64,000 bases of DNA from Alphaproteobacteria bacterium (lineage in GTDB: Bacteria; Pseudomonadota; Alphaproteobacteria; JANQMY01), in the NCBI GenBank assembly GCA_028289425.1, contig JANQPL010000008.1:30613-94612 (forward strand), read 5' to 3'. Made by a program: the position numbers and the translations under genes. Shown here piece after piece: positions 54,112 through 63,317 of this stretch. Numbering within the stretch: position 1 is the stretch's first letter; each line of letters begins with the position of its first letter. The notes beneath the pieces are model-generated. The model was not told where the DNA came from. It saw only the letters and a list, made by a program, of their open reading frames with translations, and ran no database searches.

Positions 54112-55293
54112 CTAGTTTCGGCCAATCAAACGAGAAATCATTGGGAAAATTTGGTGAGCGAGGCTGTGGTTCCTGTTCCGCTGAGCAGGAACCTCGCTCG
54201 CACCGATCTGCAATGCTTGCTCAATTCCGACCTCTGGGTCAGGCATCAAACTGATCGATTCGAGCATTTCATCCGAATTCGTAAGCAGAAATTCGCAAAA
54301 CGATGCAAGCGGAGTAGGCAATCGATTTCCACCCGTCGAGAGGCTGTGGTGGCGGCCTAGTCGAATATCAAGCCCGCTCGGGTTGATCGGTTTTGGTGAT
54401 AGGGTTCCGTCTGAAACCTGTGTGAGATTTGTGTCCAATCGCCTCGCCGATTCACCAGCAGAAAAGCAGCTGGCTACTCTCGGCCATTCATCGTCCTTTG
54501 TCTTGGTTTCTAAGGCGCGCAGGATCGCCTTAGGCATTTCTGAGCTGTCCTCCGCCGCAAACAAAAAGGGCTCACGATGAAACTCAAGAGGCAGGATGCT
54601 TGCAACAACCGAATTTGAGACAACGGGTATGCCGGTCGCCCATGCATAGGCGGCCGTTCGGCATCGGCGTTCCTCCGGCGCCGGATGAACAAAAACACGA
54701 GCGTGCCTATAGAAGTGGGATAGAGATTCCAAATCCAAGGGAAAAGGATAGTCCCATCCGATTGTCAGAAGTGTCACCCTCTGGCGTTCTTCCACAGTGA
54801 AAAGTGACTCGAAATGACTCCGCAAATCTGAGATGCCAGGTAGAACAACTTTATCCGGAGTCGGACAAATAAAGAGGACGCGCGGTTGCTTGCCCATATC
54901 GTAAACTGTGCGGATTGCCAAAAGGAACTCAGGGATCCCCTTAAATGCGACCGCTCTTCCTACGAACAGTACATCCCAAAACGGCTCTGCAGATTGGCCC
55001 TGTGAGAACCAGGAGGGCGCAAAATTGCAGGCATCCAACGGAATGTAAGGGAACTCTTTTCCGTTTCTCTCGATAAGGTCTCCCTCTCCCGCCATACTAA
55101 AATCATAAAGGGAGTCATAGCGAAAATCGTGATCGTGCCAATTATGGTGAAGCCCGATCAAAAACCGATCCCGCAGCCTCGTGATCAAATCGCGCACAGC
55201 TCCCGAATCGCCAATTATGTGATCCCGCTCGGGGGTCGTAAAAACCACACATCCCTTGCCGTCTTTAGAGGGTGGTTTCAATAGACACGCCAT
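54112..55293 (-). CDS. Putative GT4-like glycosyltransferase
   Basis: 393 aa. WDVLFVGRAVAFKGIPEFLLAIRTVYDMGKQPRVLFICP ... ARVFVHPAPEERRCRTAAYAWATGIPVVSN. Confidence 0.55.
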   Translation of the reverse strand: MACLLKPPSKDGKGCVVFTTPERDHIIGDSGAVRDLITRLRDRFLIGLHHNWHDHDFRYDSLYDFSMAGEGDLIERNGKEFPYIPLDACNFAPSWFSQGQSAEPFWDVLFVGRAVAFKGIPEFLLAIRTVYDMGKQPRVLFICPTPDKVVLPGISDLRSHFESLFTVEERQRVTLLTIGWDYPFPLDLESLSHFYRHARVFVHPAPEERRCRTAAYAWATGIPVVSNSVVASILPLEFHREPFLFAAEDSSEMPKAILRALETKTKDDEWPRVASCFSAGESARRLDTNLTQVSDGTLSPKPINPSGLDIRLGRHHSLSTGGNRLPTPLASFCEFLLTNSDEMLESISLMPDPEVGIEQALQIGASEVPAQRNRNHSLAHQIFPMISRLIGRN

Positions 55294-55341
55294 TTTGAGA
55301 AAATCTTATCGCCTAACTAACAAGGAATATCTTTGAGCAAG

Positions 55342-56181
55342 TCACCGCCGCATTACAACTGACTTTAGCCGGTTCAGAATTCCTGGCTCTTGACGCTGAC
55401 GGATTTGGGGATTGAGATCTGAATACTGTGGAACTTCTCCAAACGGAAGGAAGAAATTGACCGCCATTTCCGACGCTGCCCCACCGTGCATGTTTTCGTA
55501 ATAGTCTTGTAGCTTAATATCGACGCTGGCTACTTCTCTTCGTTTCTTGGCTGCGAAGACCAAAATCGCCTCGCTGGCCATTTCAACCACGTACTTCCTG
55601 CCATGAGCCCTGTACATATTGTCCGCCGCTGACATCGCATAAGGTGGGCGGCTGAGAACAAATAGAGCCGCGGTCAATACTTCAAAGCCGGCTTGCGTGT
55701 AGTAAGACTTGTATAGATCTGGGCTTACCTGCCAAAAGCCGTGGTCAAGAAACCCGTTACTCGGTGTGGCGTGTATGACAACGCCGCCAATTCGTGTGAG
55801 CTTTGTAAGGTTTCGCAAAGCGGTCGGCATGTCGAACACGTGCTCTAACGTACCGCTATCATATATCAAATCGAATTGCCCCGAGACTTTGTCTGCCATA
55901 TTCGGATCATTCAGATCCGCTGTGATGTCGGCCCCTTCGTAATCAGACACATCAAGCATCGAAGCTGAGGGAAAACCGAGTGTTTCAAAAAACTGTGGTG
56001 CAGTTTCGAAACTTCTTGGACGAGTGTTCCGCGCAAGCTCGGTATATCTTTCGGCATGCGCATGAAATATTTCGCTGGTGAACCCCATGGTGGGAACACC
56101 CAGAGTTAAGCAGCTTTCAGTTGCATCGCATTCCTGAACCGCACGCGCAATGACAAGCGCGTCATAAATCAGCATTCCCAT
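55342..56181 (-). CDS. Methyltransferase-like protein (MT5, divergent)
   Basis: 279 aa. CLTLGVPTMGF ... FDLIYDSGTLEHVFDMPTALRNLTKLTRIGGVVIH. A class-I fold is implied by motifs post-I to III, but the glycine loop is atypical. Confidence 0.55.
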   Translation of the reverse strand: MGMLIYDALVIARAVQECDATESCLTLGVPTMGFTSEIFHAHAERYTELARNTRPRSFETAPQFFETLGFPSASMLDVSDYEGADITADLNDPNMADKVSGQFDLIYDSGTLEHVFDMPTALRNLTKLTRIGGVVIHATPSNGFLDHGFWQVSPDLYKSYYTQAGFEVLTAALFVLSRPPYAMSAADNMYRAHGRKYVVEMASEAILVFAAKKRREVASVDIKLQDYYENMHGGAASEMAVNFFLPFGEVPQYSDLNPQIRQRQEPGILNRLKSVVMRR

Positions 56182-56229
56182 TTAGGGCTCGCCAATTCTG
56201 TTGTCGATGTGAAACAGAGATTCAAAGAA

Positions 56230-56865
56230 TCACAACTGCACCACATGAACTTGATCCTTATCACTCTGCACTTGATGGATGTCGACGGATTTACATCCGA
56301 TGTGATGTAGAAGTAGGTCGTAGTGGTCGGTCGAGAACGACCGACGTAGGTAAGGTTCCTGCTTCTGCCCGGGACCAACGTCCAACATTCGCAACACGGC
56401 CGTGTCGTGTCGGTCGGCGGGGGGTTCGAAGAAGCGGATCATGATGCGGGGCGCCATGTTTCGCGCCGCCGCCAGCGAGGCACCAGGCGATTCCAAGGTC
56501 TCAAGCACGTGGGAAAACAACACAATGTCCGCCGGCTCCCCCTGCAGGTCGGGATCTTGGATGTCCCCTTCCACAAAAACCGTGTCGTCACTGCCCGCAT
56601 AGCGCGCCCGCGCCGCATTGAGCAGTGAGGTGGAAAAATCCCACCCGGTATATTTGAGCGTCAATCCCTGGTCCCGGAAAAACTGGCACAGATGACCGTT
56701 GCCACACCCGAAATCCGCCAAGTGAAAGCGCGTATCGCCGAACAATTCCTTCAGTATACTGCCCATCAACAATTTCGACCGCTCCGACGGGTGGCCATAA
56801 CCGTCGAGATAGATCTTGGCGGTATCGTCATCGAAGGCGGACCAGCTGTTCTTTGCAATTGACAT
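56230..56865 (-). CDS. Class-I SAM-dependent methyltransferase (MT6)
   Basis: 211 aa. FHLADFGCGNGHLCQFF ... ADIVLFSHVLETLESP. Confidence 0.8.
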   Translation of the reverse strand: MSIAKNSWSAFDDDTAKIYLDGYGHPSERSKLLMGSILKELFGDTRFHLADFGCGNGHLCQFFRDQGLTLKYTGWDFSTSLLNAARARYAGSDDTVFVEGDIQDPDLQGEPADIVLFSHVLETLESPGASLAAARNMAPRIMIRFFEPPADRHDTAVLRMLDVGPGQKQEPYLRRSFSTDHYDLLLHHIGCKSVDIHQVQSDKDQVHVVQL

Positions 56866-56886
56866 GGACAGTTCAGTTCAAGTGCA

Positions 56887-57825
56887 TCACGCCGATGCCG
56901 CCTTCTCAAACACCAAAATTGAGTCCAAATGGCCGATTGACATGTCTTCGGGCAAATGAATGCATTGGGTCTGACGAAACGCAGGCGCAAGTTGTCGCAG
57001 CAAGGCGCTGTAGTTTCGAACCCAATAGGTGGTGTTGGGAAACGGGTCTATCTTGCCTTCGAAACTCGCCCCTTCGTCCGTGTCGTCAAAGGGCTCCACC
57101 AGCACCAGAAAGCGCTTCGACACCCGCACCAGCTCGCGCAAAACCTGCTCGATTTTTTCTGGGCCAATGCACACCAGCAAGCCGCTTACCAGCACCACGT
57201 CAAAGCGCGCATCCGGGAATGGCACATCATCGGCGCCCGCTACATGCAGCGCGTGGGGCGATTGAAAACTCTCGGCCATCAGCTTCCGCCCGTCTTCGAC
57301 CACATGGGGCGAGATGTCCACGCCCGCCAGCCAGTCGTAGCGACGTATGATGTCCAACGCGCGCAAATTGACACCGCAATGCGCGCCCACCTCCAGCACG
57401 GTCGTCCCGTCCAGCGCCGCAACCGTATGCGCCAGTTTCTGCCGCATCGGATGGTTGAGCCCATCCCAATATGACTGCACATAGGCCGGATTGTCGGCCT
57501 CGCGCGTCCGCCAAAAATCTTCAGAGAAGGCGCCGGTGCGCGGCGGCCCTTGCTCGGATGCCGCGCTCTTTTTCGCGGGAGCCGGAGCTGACTGGGTCGC
57601 CGTCCCAACCGGCACCAATTTCCGCAAGCGCAGATAGCCCGCCTGCCCAAGGATCGATTGGGCGAGCCGGACAACTCTTCTACGCATGCCGGATGGAGCA
57701 ACCGCATCAGGCGCGTTGCGCGCCAACGGCGTGTCCCAGGCATGAACTTGTTTAGGTGGCCCCGAAGGGGGCGTCGCGACCGCGCGCGTTGAAACCATTA
57801 CATCGTCCCGTTGACCAATGGTCAT
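56887..57825 (-). CDS. Class-I SAM-dependent methyltransferase with Pro/Ala-rich N-terminal region (MT7)
   Basis: 312 aa. TTVLEVGAHCGVNLRAL ... FDVVLVSGLLVCIGPEKIEQVLRELVRVSKRFLVLVEP. ATGA overlap with the upstream gene. Confidence 0.75.
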   Translation of the reverse strand: MTIGQRDDVMVSTRAVATPPSGPPKQVHAWDTPLARNAPDAVAPSGMRRRVVRLAQSILGQAGYLRLRKLVPVGTATQSAPAPAKKSAASEQGPPRTGAFSEDFWRTREADNPAYVQSYWDGLNHPMRQKLAHTVAALDGTTVLEVGAHCGVNLRALDIIRRYDWLAGVDISPHVVEDGRKLMAESFQSPHALHVAGADDVPFPDARFDVVLVSGLLVCIGPEKIEQVLRELVRVSKRFLVLVEPFDDTDEGASFEGKIDPFPNTTYWVRNYSALLRQLAPAFRQTQCIHLPEDMSIGHLDSILVFEKAASA

Positions 57826-59378
57826 GAGACGTACGCCCCTTTGTTTTCGAAGTTTCGCGAATGCATAAGGGCCGCCGCTTCGCCGGAATTTTCGATGACG
57901 GCAGTGATATTGCGCGTCGCCTGGGCTACGCCGGCCGAAAAGAATCCGGATACCGCAGGTCCATTCTCATTGCGAATGCGTTGCGCTTCGCCACCGACAA
58001 GGCGCTCCAACGCCTCTCGCGCCGCATCATAATCGTGCACCTCTACACCCAATCCCATTTGCTCAAGATCCGGATGGTGGCGCGCGATCCCCGTGACATT
58101 GACGATCAACGGTACGGCACCACGCACCACCGCCTCTATCAGTGTCGTCGAAAATATGGCCACTGCCACCAAAGATTCATCCAGCACGTCCGCAAGCGGC
58201 CGCTCGGTCGCCGGGCTCATCTCCACATTCGACAAGGATGCCAGGTGGGCCCGTTCTTCGTCGCGAATAGGAATTGCCGGGTGTTCCCGCACCAAAATCT
58301 TCCGGTCCGAAAATCGCTCCGCGGTCCAGGACACCAGGCGTAACATGTTCTGCCAAGCTTCTTCCGTGATCAAAACGGAGCCGTGCTGCAAAAAGAATGA
58401 AATGGCCGACTTTTCGGAACGGTCAGCACCGCCACCCGGTCCGATCACGTGATTTCCCGTCACGAAAAATGCCTGGGCCGGATTGTGTAGCTCAAGCATC
58501 CGTGCGAATTGCGCCCCCCAAACGCAGAATGCGTCGAAACGCATCTCCCGAAACCCGTTGTGAACAACCGGCGACCATCCCTGCTGTATGCAGACGGTTC
58601 GAATGCCGAGCGACCGTGCGGCCAGATTGACAATTTCGTCGATCGGATGCGTGCCTTCGGCCATCACGATCGTGGAGATGTCGTGACGCGACAACACATC
58701 CCGCATCACGTCGAATTGTGCCGCAAGGCTTGGCCATTCAGTCAATTGCCGACGCACCGTTCGCGTCAGCGTCCGGGCATCATCGAAATCATAGGTGACG
58801 ACCTGCCTGCCGTTTTCGGCAAGCCGGTCTTTGAGCGGAGATTTGGCCGCGGCAATCCACAGTGCCGGCGCAGAAAGCTGGCGTTCGATCGGGCTCAGGT
58901 AGTCGGCAAACCGTCCCGTAATCGCAAGGAAGGCAACCCGTCCCTTCACGGAGGGCTTCTGACTCGCAGACGGTTTAGTCGTTCCGGTACCGCTCCAATC
59001 GACAACGGAAGCGATATTTCGCCTGAGCGATTTCCTAAGACGTCCGGACCAACCGGTCCGGTCCCCCGTCATGTAAGGCAATAACATTGTCGCCTTTGGT
59101 GAAAGCGAGGTTCCTTCATCGGCTGCCGGTCGCGCGCCGGTCTCCATATGTTTCCGACAAACCTCTCTGAAAGCGCCGTCATTGACCAATCCGAAATAAA
59201 GGTCGATTGCTATGGCCCGCCCGAAATCCGCACCGCGATAGGACAGCCCGCCGATACTCTCTTTTCGTTTGTCCGAAACGTATCGTTCGACGGCATCGAT
59301 CAGCCGCGCCTGATAAGCGGCGGCTGATGGATCGACACATCCATCGGTCGACGGGTCAGTTGAGACGGCGCTCTGCAT
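57822..59378 (-). CDS. Unassigned 518-aa protein, possible GT-B transferase using a CMP-activated sugar (TagF / KpsS / sialyltransferase-like HP motif)
   Basis: C-terminal half: ISTIVMAEGTHPIDEIVNLAARSLGIRTVCIQQGW ... KILVREHPAIP ... VAVAIFSTTLIEAVVRGAVPLIV. Assignment is by motif resemblance and context only. Confidence 0.4.
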   Translation of the reverse strand: MQSAVSTDPSTDGCVDPSAAAYQARLIDAVERYVSDKRKESIGGLSYRGADFGRAIAIDLYFGLVNDGAFREVCRKHMETGARPAADEGTSLSPKATMLLPYMTGDRTGWSGRLRKSLRRNIASVVDWSGTGTTKPSASQKPSVKGRVAFLAITGRFADYLSPIERQLSAPALWIAAAKSPLKDRLAENGRQVVTYDFDDARTLTRTVRRQLTEWPSLAAQFDVMRDVLSRHDISTIVMAEGTHPIDEIVNLAARSLGIRTVCIQQGWSPVVHNGFREMRFDAFCVWGAQFARMLELHNPAQAFFVTGNHVIGPGGGADRSEKSAISFFLQHGSVLITEEAWQNMLRLVSWTAERFSDRKILVREHPAIPIRDEERAHLASLSNVEMSPATERPLADVLDESLVAVAIFSTTLIEAVVRGAVPLIVNVTGIARHHPDLEQMGLGVEVHDYDAAREALERLVGGEAQRIRNENGPAVSGFFSAGVAQATRNITAVIENSGEAAALMHSRNFENKGAYVS

Positions 59379-60336
59379 ACAGATCTTTTTCGACCATCTC
59401 TTCGATCATATCCTGAAACGGCTTTCCCGATGACCAACCTACTTGCCGATGTATCCGGCCGGCATCGCCGCATAACGGTACGGCCTCAACCGGGCGATAA
59501 AACCTCTTGTCTTGGCCAACACATTGTTCGGGATCGAGTTTCAAGGCATTGCACGCAATGGTGACCAAATCCCGCACGGAATGCATCCGTCCGGTGGCGA
59601 TGACGAAATCGCCGGGTTGGTCATGGTCAAGAATGCGCTGCATCGCTTCCACATAGTCCGGCGCGTAGCCCCAATCCCGTCTGGCTTCAAGGTTTCCAAG
59701 CGCAATATTGCTTTGTAGGCCCAACGACACCCGTGCCAGCCCCCGCGTCACCTTGCGGGACAGAAAATAGGGCTCCCGCCGCGGAGATTCATGGTTATAG
59801 AGAATACCGGTACAGGCAAAGCTGCCGAATTTCGTACGATGGCGCTCCACCAAATCGGTCGCCGCAAGTTTTGCGAAGCCATACATGGATCTTGGCTGGC
59901 GCGCCGTTTGCTCGTCTTGAGGCGCCTTACTGGGTGCTCCGAAAATCTCGGATGTTCCGGCGAAAAACAACCGTGCCCGCGCCCGGTCTTTTATTGCCTC
60001 CAACAACGCCTTTGTGCTGCCGAAGATGGTTTTGAACACGCCGGCATTGCCGCCAACGTTACTGTCCACCCGTGTTGGCCCTCCCAGATGGTAGACCAGA
60101 TCCGGCTCTACTTTTCGGCACACGCCGAAAACAGCGTCACTGTCGGACAAGTCCACATCATAACGGTGAACCCGCGAATCGGAAAACAAGGCGCGCACAT
60201 AAGACGGCAACACTTGATCCGCGGACGGTTGACTTGGCCGCACGATGCAATGAATTTCGTGGTCATTGGCCAACAAAGACTCGGCCAGGTAGGACCCGTC
60301 CTGCCCCGTTACGCCAGTCAACAAAACGCGCGCCAT
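59356..60336 (-). CDS. GDP-mannose 4,6-dehydratase-family SDR
   Basis: 326 aa. VLLTGVTGQDGSYLAE, YGFAKLAA (YxxxK), ILYNHESPRR, RRDWGYAPDYVEAM. Confidence 0.85.
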   Translation of the reverse strand: MARVLLTGVTGQDGSYLAESLLANDHEIHCIVRPSQPSADQVLPSYVRALFSDSRVHRYDVDLSDSDAVFGVCRKVEPDLVYHLGGPTRVDSNVGGNAGVFKTIFGSTKALLEAIKDRARARLFFAGTSEIFGAPSKAPQDEQTARQPRSMYGFAKLAATDLVERHRTKFGSFACTGILYNHESPRREPYFLSRKVTRGLARVSLGLQSNIALGNLEARRDWGYAPDYVEAMQRILDHDQPGDFVIATGRMHSVRDLVTIACNALKLDPEQCVGQDKRFYRPVEAVPLCGDAGRIHRQVGWSSGKPFQDMIEEMVEKDLYAERRLN

Positions 60337-60345
60337 GGGCGTGCC

Positions 60346-62595
60346 CTAGAGCAGTCCTTCCAGCCGATCCAATGCAAGCCAAAACCCGTCCCCGCCATTC
60401 TTGTGGCCTTGCCAGATTTCCGGAATGAATGGGACATTTGGGCAAAGCTCGGCGAGCCGGCGCCCCAGCGCTTCAAAATCGATCTCCCCTTCGCCGATTT
60501 GCAACCCCTCGCTGTCCACGCCCGCGGCATCCACAATATGAAGATGACCGGTCACCGGGCCAAGAATGTCCACATAATCCTCAAAGCGCCGGCCCCGATG
60601 GTTGGCCGCCAGTTTGGAGTGGGAGACGTCGAAACAAATCTTCAGGCCGCTTGACCGCGAAAACTCAGCCGTGTCCTCAGGTTCCACAAACAGATTGCAG
60701 TAAAGCTGCCCGCCCAAATACCAAGGAAAGGGCGGCAGGGTTTGGGGCAAGATGTCGACACCCTCCGTATCCACGTGCGACAGGGAATCGGAAACGCGAT
60801 CGTAAAGCTCCGGCAACCGCTCGGCGGCCACCGGCTCATCCCGCGACATACCGCCTAGGCTCGCAATTAGCGGGACCTTCGATACGTTGGGAAACCACTT
60901 TTTGAGCCGTCGCGTGACCTCGATCGTACGTTGTAAATGTGCAATCGAAACTTCTCTATACTGACGGTCGTCCGCGGCCAGATTCAAAATATGGTCGTTT
61001 TCGAACAGATCCGGGCTGTGTACCACCAACCCCGTTGGCATCTCCGCATCGAAAAACTTGCCGGGGTCGGCTTCCAGATCTTTGTAGGAGAAATGAAACT
61101 CCACAAAGTCCATACTCAAGCCTTGATGAATCGCTTTCCAATCGTGATAACGCACCGGCACGCCCCAAGGGCGGTTGAATTTGTAGTTTCGTGCTTTTGA
61201 CACGTTTGTAAGAAGGTCGGTCGCAAAGAAGAAATCCCCTTTCGCGATATCCCTGTTGGCCGGCCGGCCCACCAATTCCCGAATGCGATTGGGCTGAAGG
61301 CCCGTTCCGGGGCTCTGCACCGCAATCATCGACTGGTCGATCATCCGACCCGACTTGATATCCTCGGCAGCGACAAGGCTTTTCGCGAGGACTTCCCGGT
61401 TCATCTGTTCGCCTACAGATGGTTCGCGCGGAGTTGCCCCGCCCAGCGCTTCCTCTACATTTCGAATGGCGGCCACCATTTCCGTGAACTGGTCTGGCTC
61501 TAGGCTTACCTTGTGATCGTTGCCCACCATGTTGCGATCTAAGGTGATGTGTTTTTCGACGATCTTCGCGCCCCGAGCCACCGCGGCAATGGGCACCGCA
61601 TATCCCCGCTCGTGCCCGGAATAGCCGACAATGGCCCCCGTTACCCGAGACAAGCGATCCAAATACCGCAGATGGACGTCCTTAAAGGGTGTGGGATATG
61701 TGGAATTGCAATGCAGAAGGGCAAACTGGCCGCCGGCGCGCCGCAGCTCAGTCACCGTTTCCAGGATTTCCGTCTCGTTAGACATGCCGGTCGACACGAT
61801 GAGAGGTTTGCCGGTTGCCGTCACGGCGCGGATCAGCTGATGGTTTGTCATATCGGCCGAAGCGATTTTGTAGGCCGGCACCCCCCATGCGGCCAAGAAG
61901 GCCACGCTTCTCAGATCCCAGGGCGTGCAAAGCGGCGTGATGCCACGGGTTTGTGCGTAGTCCAACACCTCGCCCATTTGCTCGGTGCTGAAATTTGCCC
62001 GCTGCAGTACCTCTAACGTGTACTGAGTACCTAGATCCGCGGCTTCGTGGTCGGGCCGCGAACTGCCCTTGTAAAGCGAACTCAAATCACGCAACTGGAA
62101 CTTGACGCTATCTGCTTGGGCTTCGACGGCACAATCGATCAATTCCTTGGCAACCGACACGCTGCCATTATGGTTCACGCCGATTTCCGCAATGATATAA
62201 CAGGGCTCGTTCTCGCCAATCCTGCGGCCGTCGATTTCGAAGCCACCCTTGCTCCGTTCCAACGCCACGCCGGTGACGCGGCCTTCCGCGTCCACTAGCG
62301 GCACGAACGATACGCGTTCGCTGAAGATGTCGGCGAGCGTTTCCATGTTCGATGCATCCGGCGCGGTCGTCACATCGCGATTGCACGCCACGACCACCGA
62401 TTCGCTCACATCGATTTCTTCGACCTTGGATATCCACCGCCGAAAATCGCCGTCCGTCAGCGCGCCATCCAGCCGCCCGTTATTGTCGAGGCAAAGGACG
62501 AAGCCACTTTTGTTTCTCGAGATCTGACCCAGCGCCTCCGCGATCGACGCAGTGCTATTGATCAAATACTTCTTGATATCCCGTTCGATGATCAA
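60346..62595 (-). CDS. Fusion protein: CBS pair + NeuB-type nonulosonate (sialic-acid-like) synthase + SAF domain + xylose-isomerase-like TIM barrel
   Basis: 749 aa. Residues 1-115 are CBS-like. PCYIIAEIGVNHNGS...LIVSTGMS...LHCNSTYPTP...GYSGHERG is NeuB. Residues ~400-460 are SAF (IAVQSPGTGLQPNRIRELVGRPANRDIAKGDFF). Residues ~470-749 are TIM barrel (GHLHIVDAAGVDSEGLQIGEGEIDFEALGRRL...PFIPEIW). The TTG start overlaps the neuA stop (TTGA). Confidence 0.88.
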   Translation of the reverse strand: MIIERDIKKYLINSTASIAEALGQISRNKSGFVLCLDNNGRLDGALTDGDFRRWISKVEEIDVSESVVVACNRDVTTAPDASNMETLADIFSERVSFVPLVDAEGRVTGVALERSKGGFEIDGRRIGENEPCYIIAEIGVNHNGSVSVAKELIDCAVEAQADSVKFQLRDLSSLYKGSSRPDHEAADLGTQYTLEVLQRANFSTEQMGEVLDYAQTRGITPLCTPWDLRSVAFLAAWGVPAYKIASADMTNHQLIRAVTATGKPLIVSTGMSNETEILETVTELRRAGGQFALLHCNSTYPTPFKDVHLRYLDRLSRVTGAIVGYSGHERGYAVPIAAVARGAKIVEKHITLDRNMVGNDHKVSLEPDQFTEMVAAIRNVEEALGGATPREPSVGEQMNREVLAKSLVAAEDIKSGRMIDQSMIAVQSPGTGLQPNRIRELVGRPANRDIAKGDFFFATDLLTNVSKARNYKFNRPWGVPVRYHDWKAIHQGLSMDFVEFHFSYKDLEADPGKFFDAEMPTGLVVHSPDLFENDHILNLAADDRQYREVSIAHLQRTIEVTRRLKKWFPNVSKVPLIASLGGMSRDEPVAAERLPELYDRVSDSLSHVDTEGVDILPQTLPPFPWYLGGQLYCNLFVEPEDTAEFSRSSGLKICFDVSHSKLAANHRGRRFEDYVDILGPVTGHLHIVDAAGVDSEGLQIGEGEIDFEALGRRLAELCPNVPFIPEIWQGHKNGGDGFWLALDRLEGLL

Positions 62596-63317
62596 TGGGC
62601 CCTCATCAAGGTCATGGCCGCTTCCGCCAATGCCAGATCGTCCGGCGTGTCAATGTCTACACTTTCGAGAGCGGACATTTCGTAAATCACGATCTTCCCG
62701 CCAACCCGGCAGTTTTCCCCACGCAGAAGCGTGCAACGGGTCAAGTAAATCGACCCGTTTTCTTCAAACAACCGATCTTCGTCGGCCACGTCCTGTCGGC
62801 GCGGGCGATTTCTGAAATCATAATGGGCGCGTGCGTCGCCCGGCCTGTTCCACAAGAACGGATGAATTTCCTGCGCGGAAACCACACTGTCGGCGTCGTG
62901 CTTTCGCCGCAGATCAATGGCCGCATCGATGGCACCGGGCTTGCGGATCGGGCATGTGGGCTGGAGCAACAGGATATCATCCGCTTCGTATCCGTCCTGC
63001 GCCAATGTTTCAACCGCGTGCACCATTGCGGACTCGGTCGTGGCGGTATCGCCCGCAAGCTCCGCCGGACGCATGAACGGCACATCGGCGCCGAATTCTT
63101 TCGCCGCTTCCGCGATTTTCGGACTGTCTGTCGAAACGATCGTGCGGTCCACTTGACGGCTGGCAAGCGACTGCTCGATGGACCAAGCAATCAGCGGTTT
63201 GCCGCCCAGCGGCGCCAGGTTTTTGTCGGGGATGGATTTAGACCCGCCGCGCGCCGGAATAATGGCAAGGATCGTCACGTCAGGTGCCGCCCTTGGCCAA
63301 TTCCAATTGACCCGCAT
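62592..63317 (-). CDS. neuA: CMP-nonulosonate (N-acylneuraminate) cytidylyltransferase
   Basis: ILAIIPARGGSKSIPDKNLAPLGGKPLIAWSIEQS ... LLLQPTCPIR. The ATG at 63317 overlaps wzt by 38 nt. A GTG at 63278 (VTILAIIPARGG) is an equally good or better start. Confidence 0.9.
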   Translation of the reverse strand: MRVNWNWPRAAPDVTILAIIPARGGSKSIPDKNLAPLGGKPLIAWSIEQSLASRQVDRTIVSTDSPKIAEAAKEFGADVPFMRPAELAGDTATTESAMVHAVETLAQDGYEADDILLLQPTCPIRKPGAIDAAIDLRRKHDADSVVSAQEIHPFLWNRPGDARAHYDFRNRPRRQDVADEDRLFEENGSIYLTRCTLLRGENCRVGGKIVIYEMSALESVDIDTPDDLALAEAAMTLMRAH

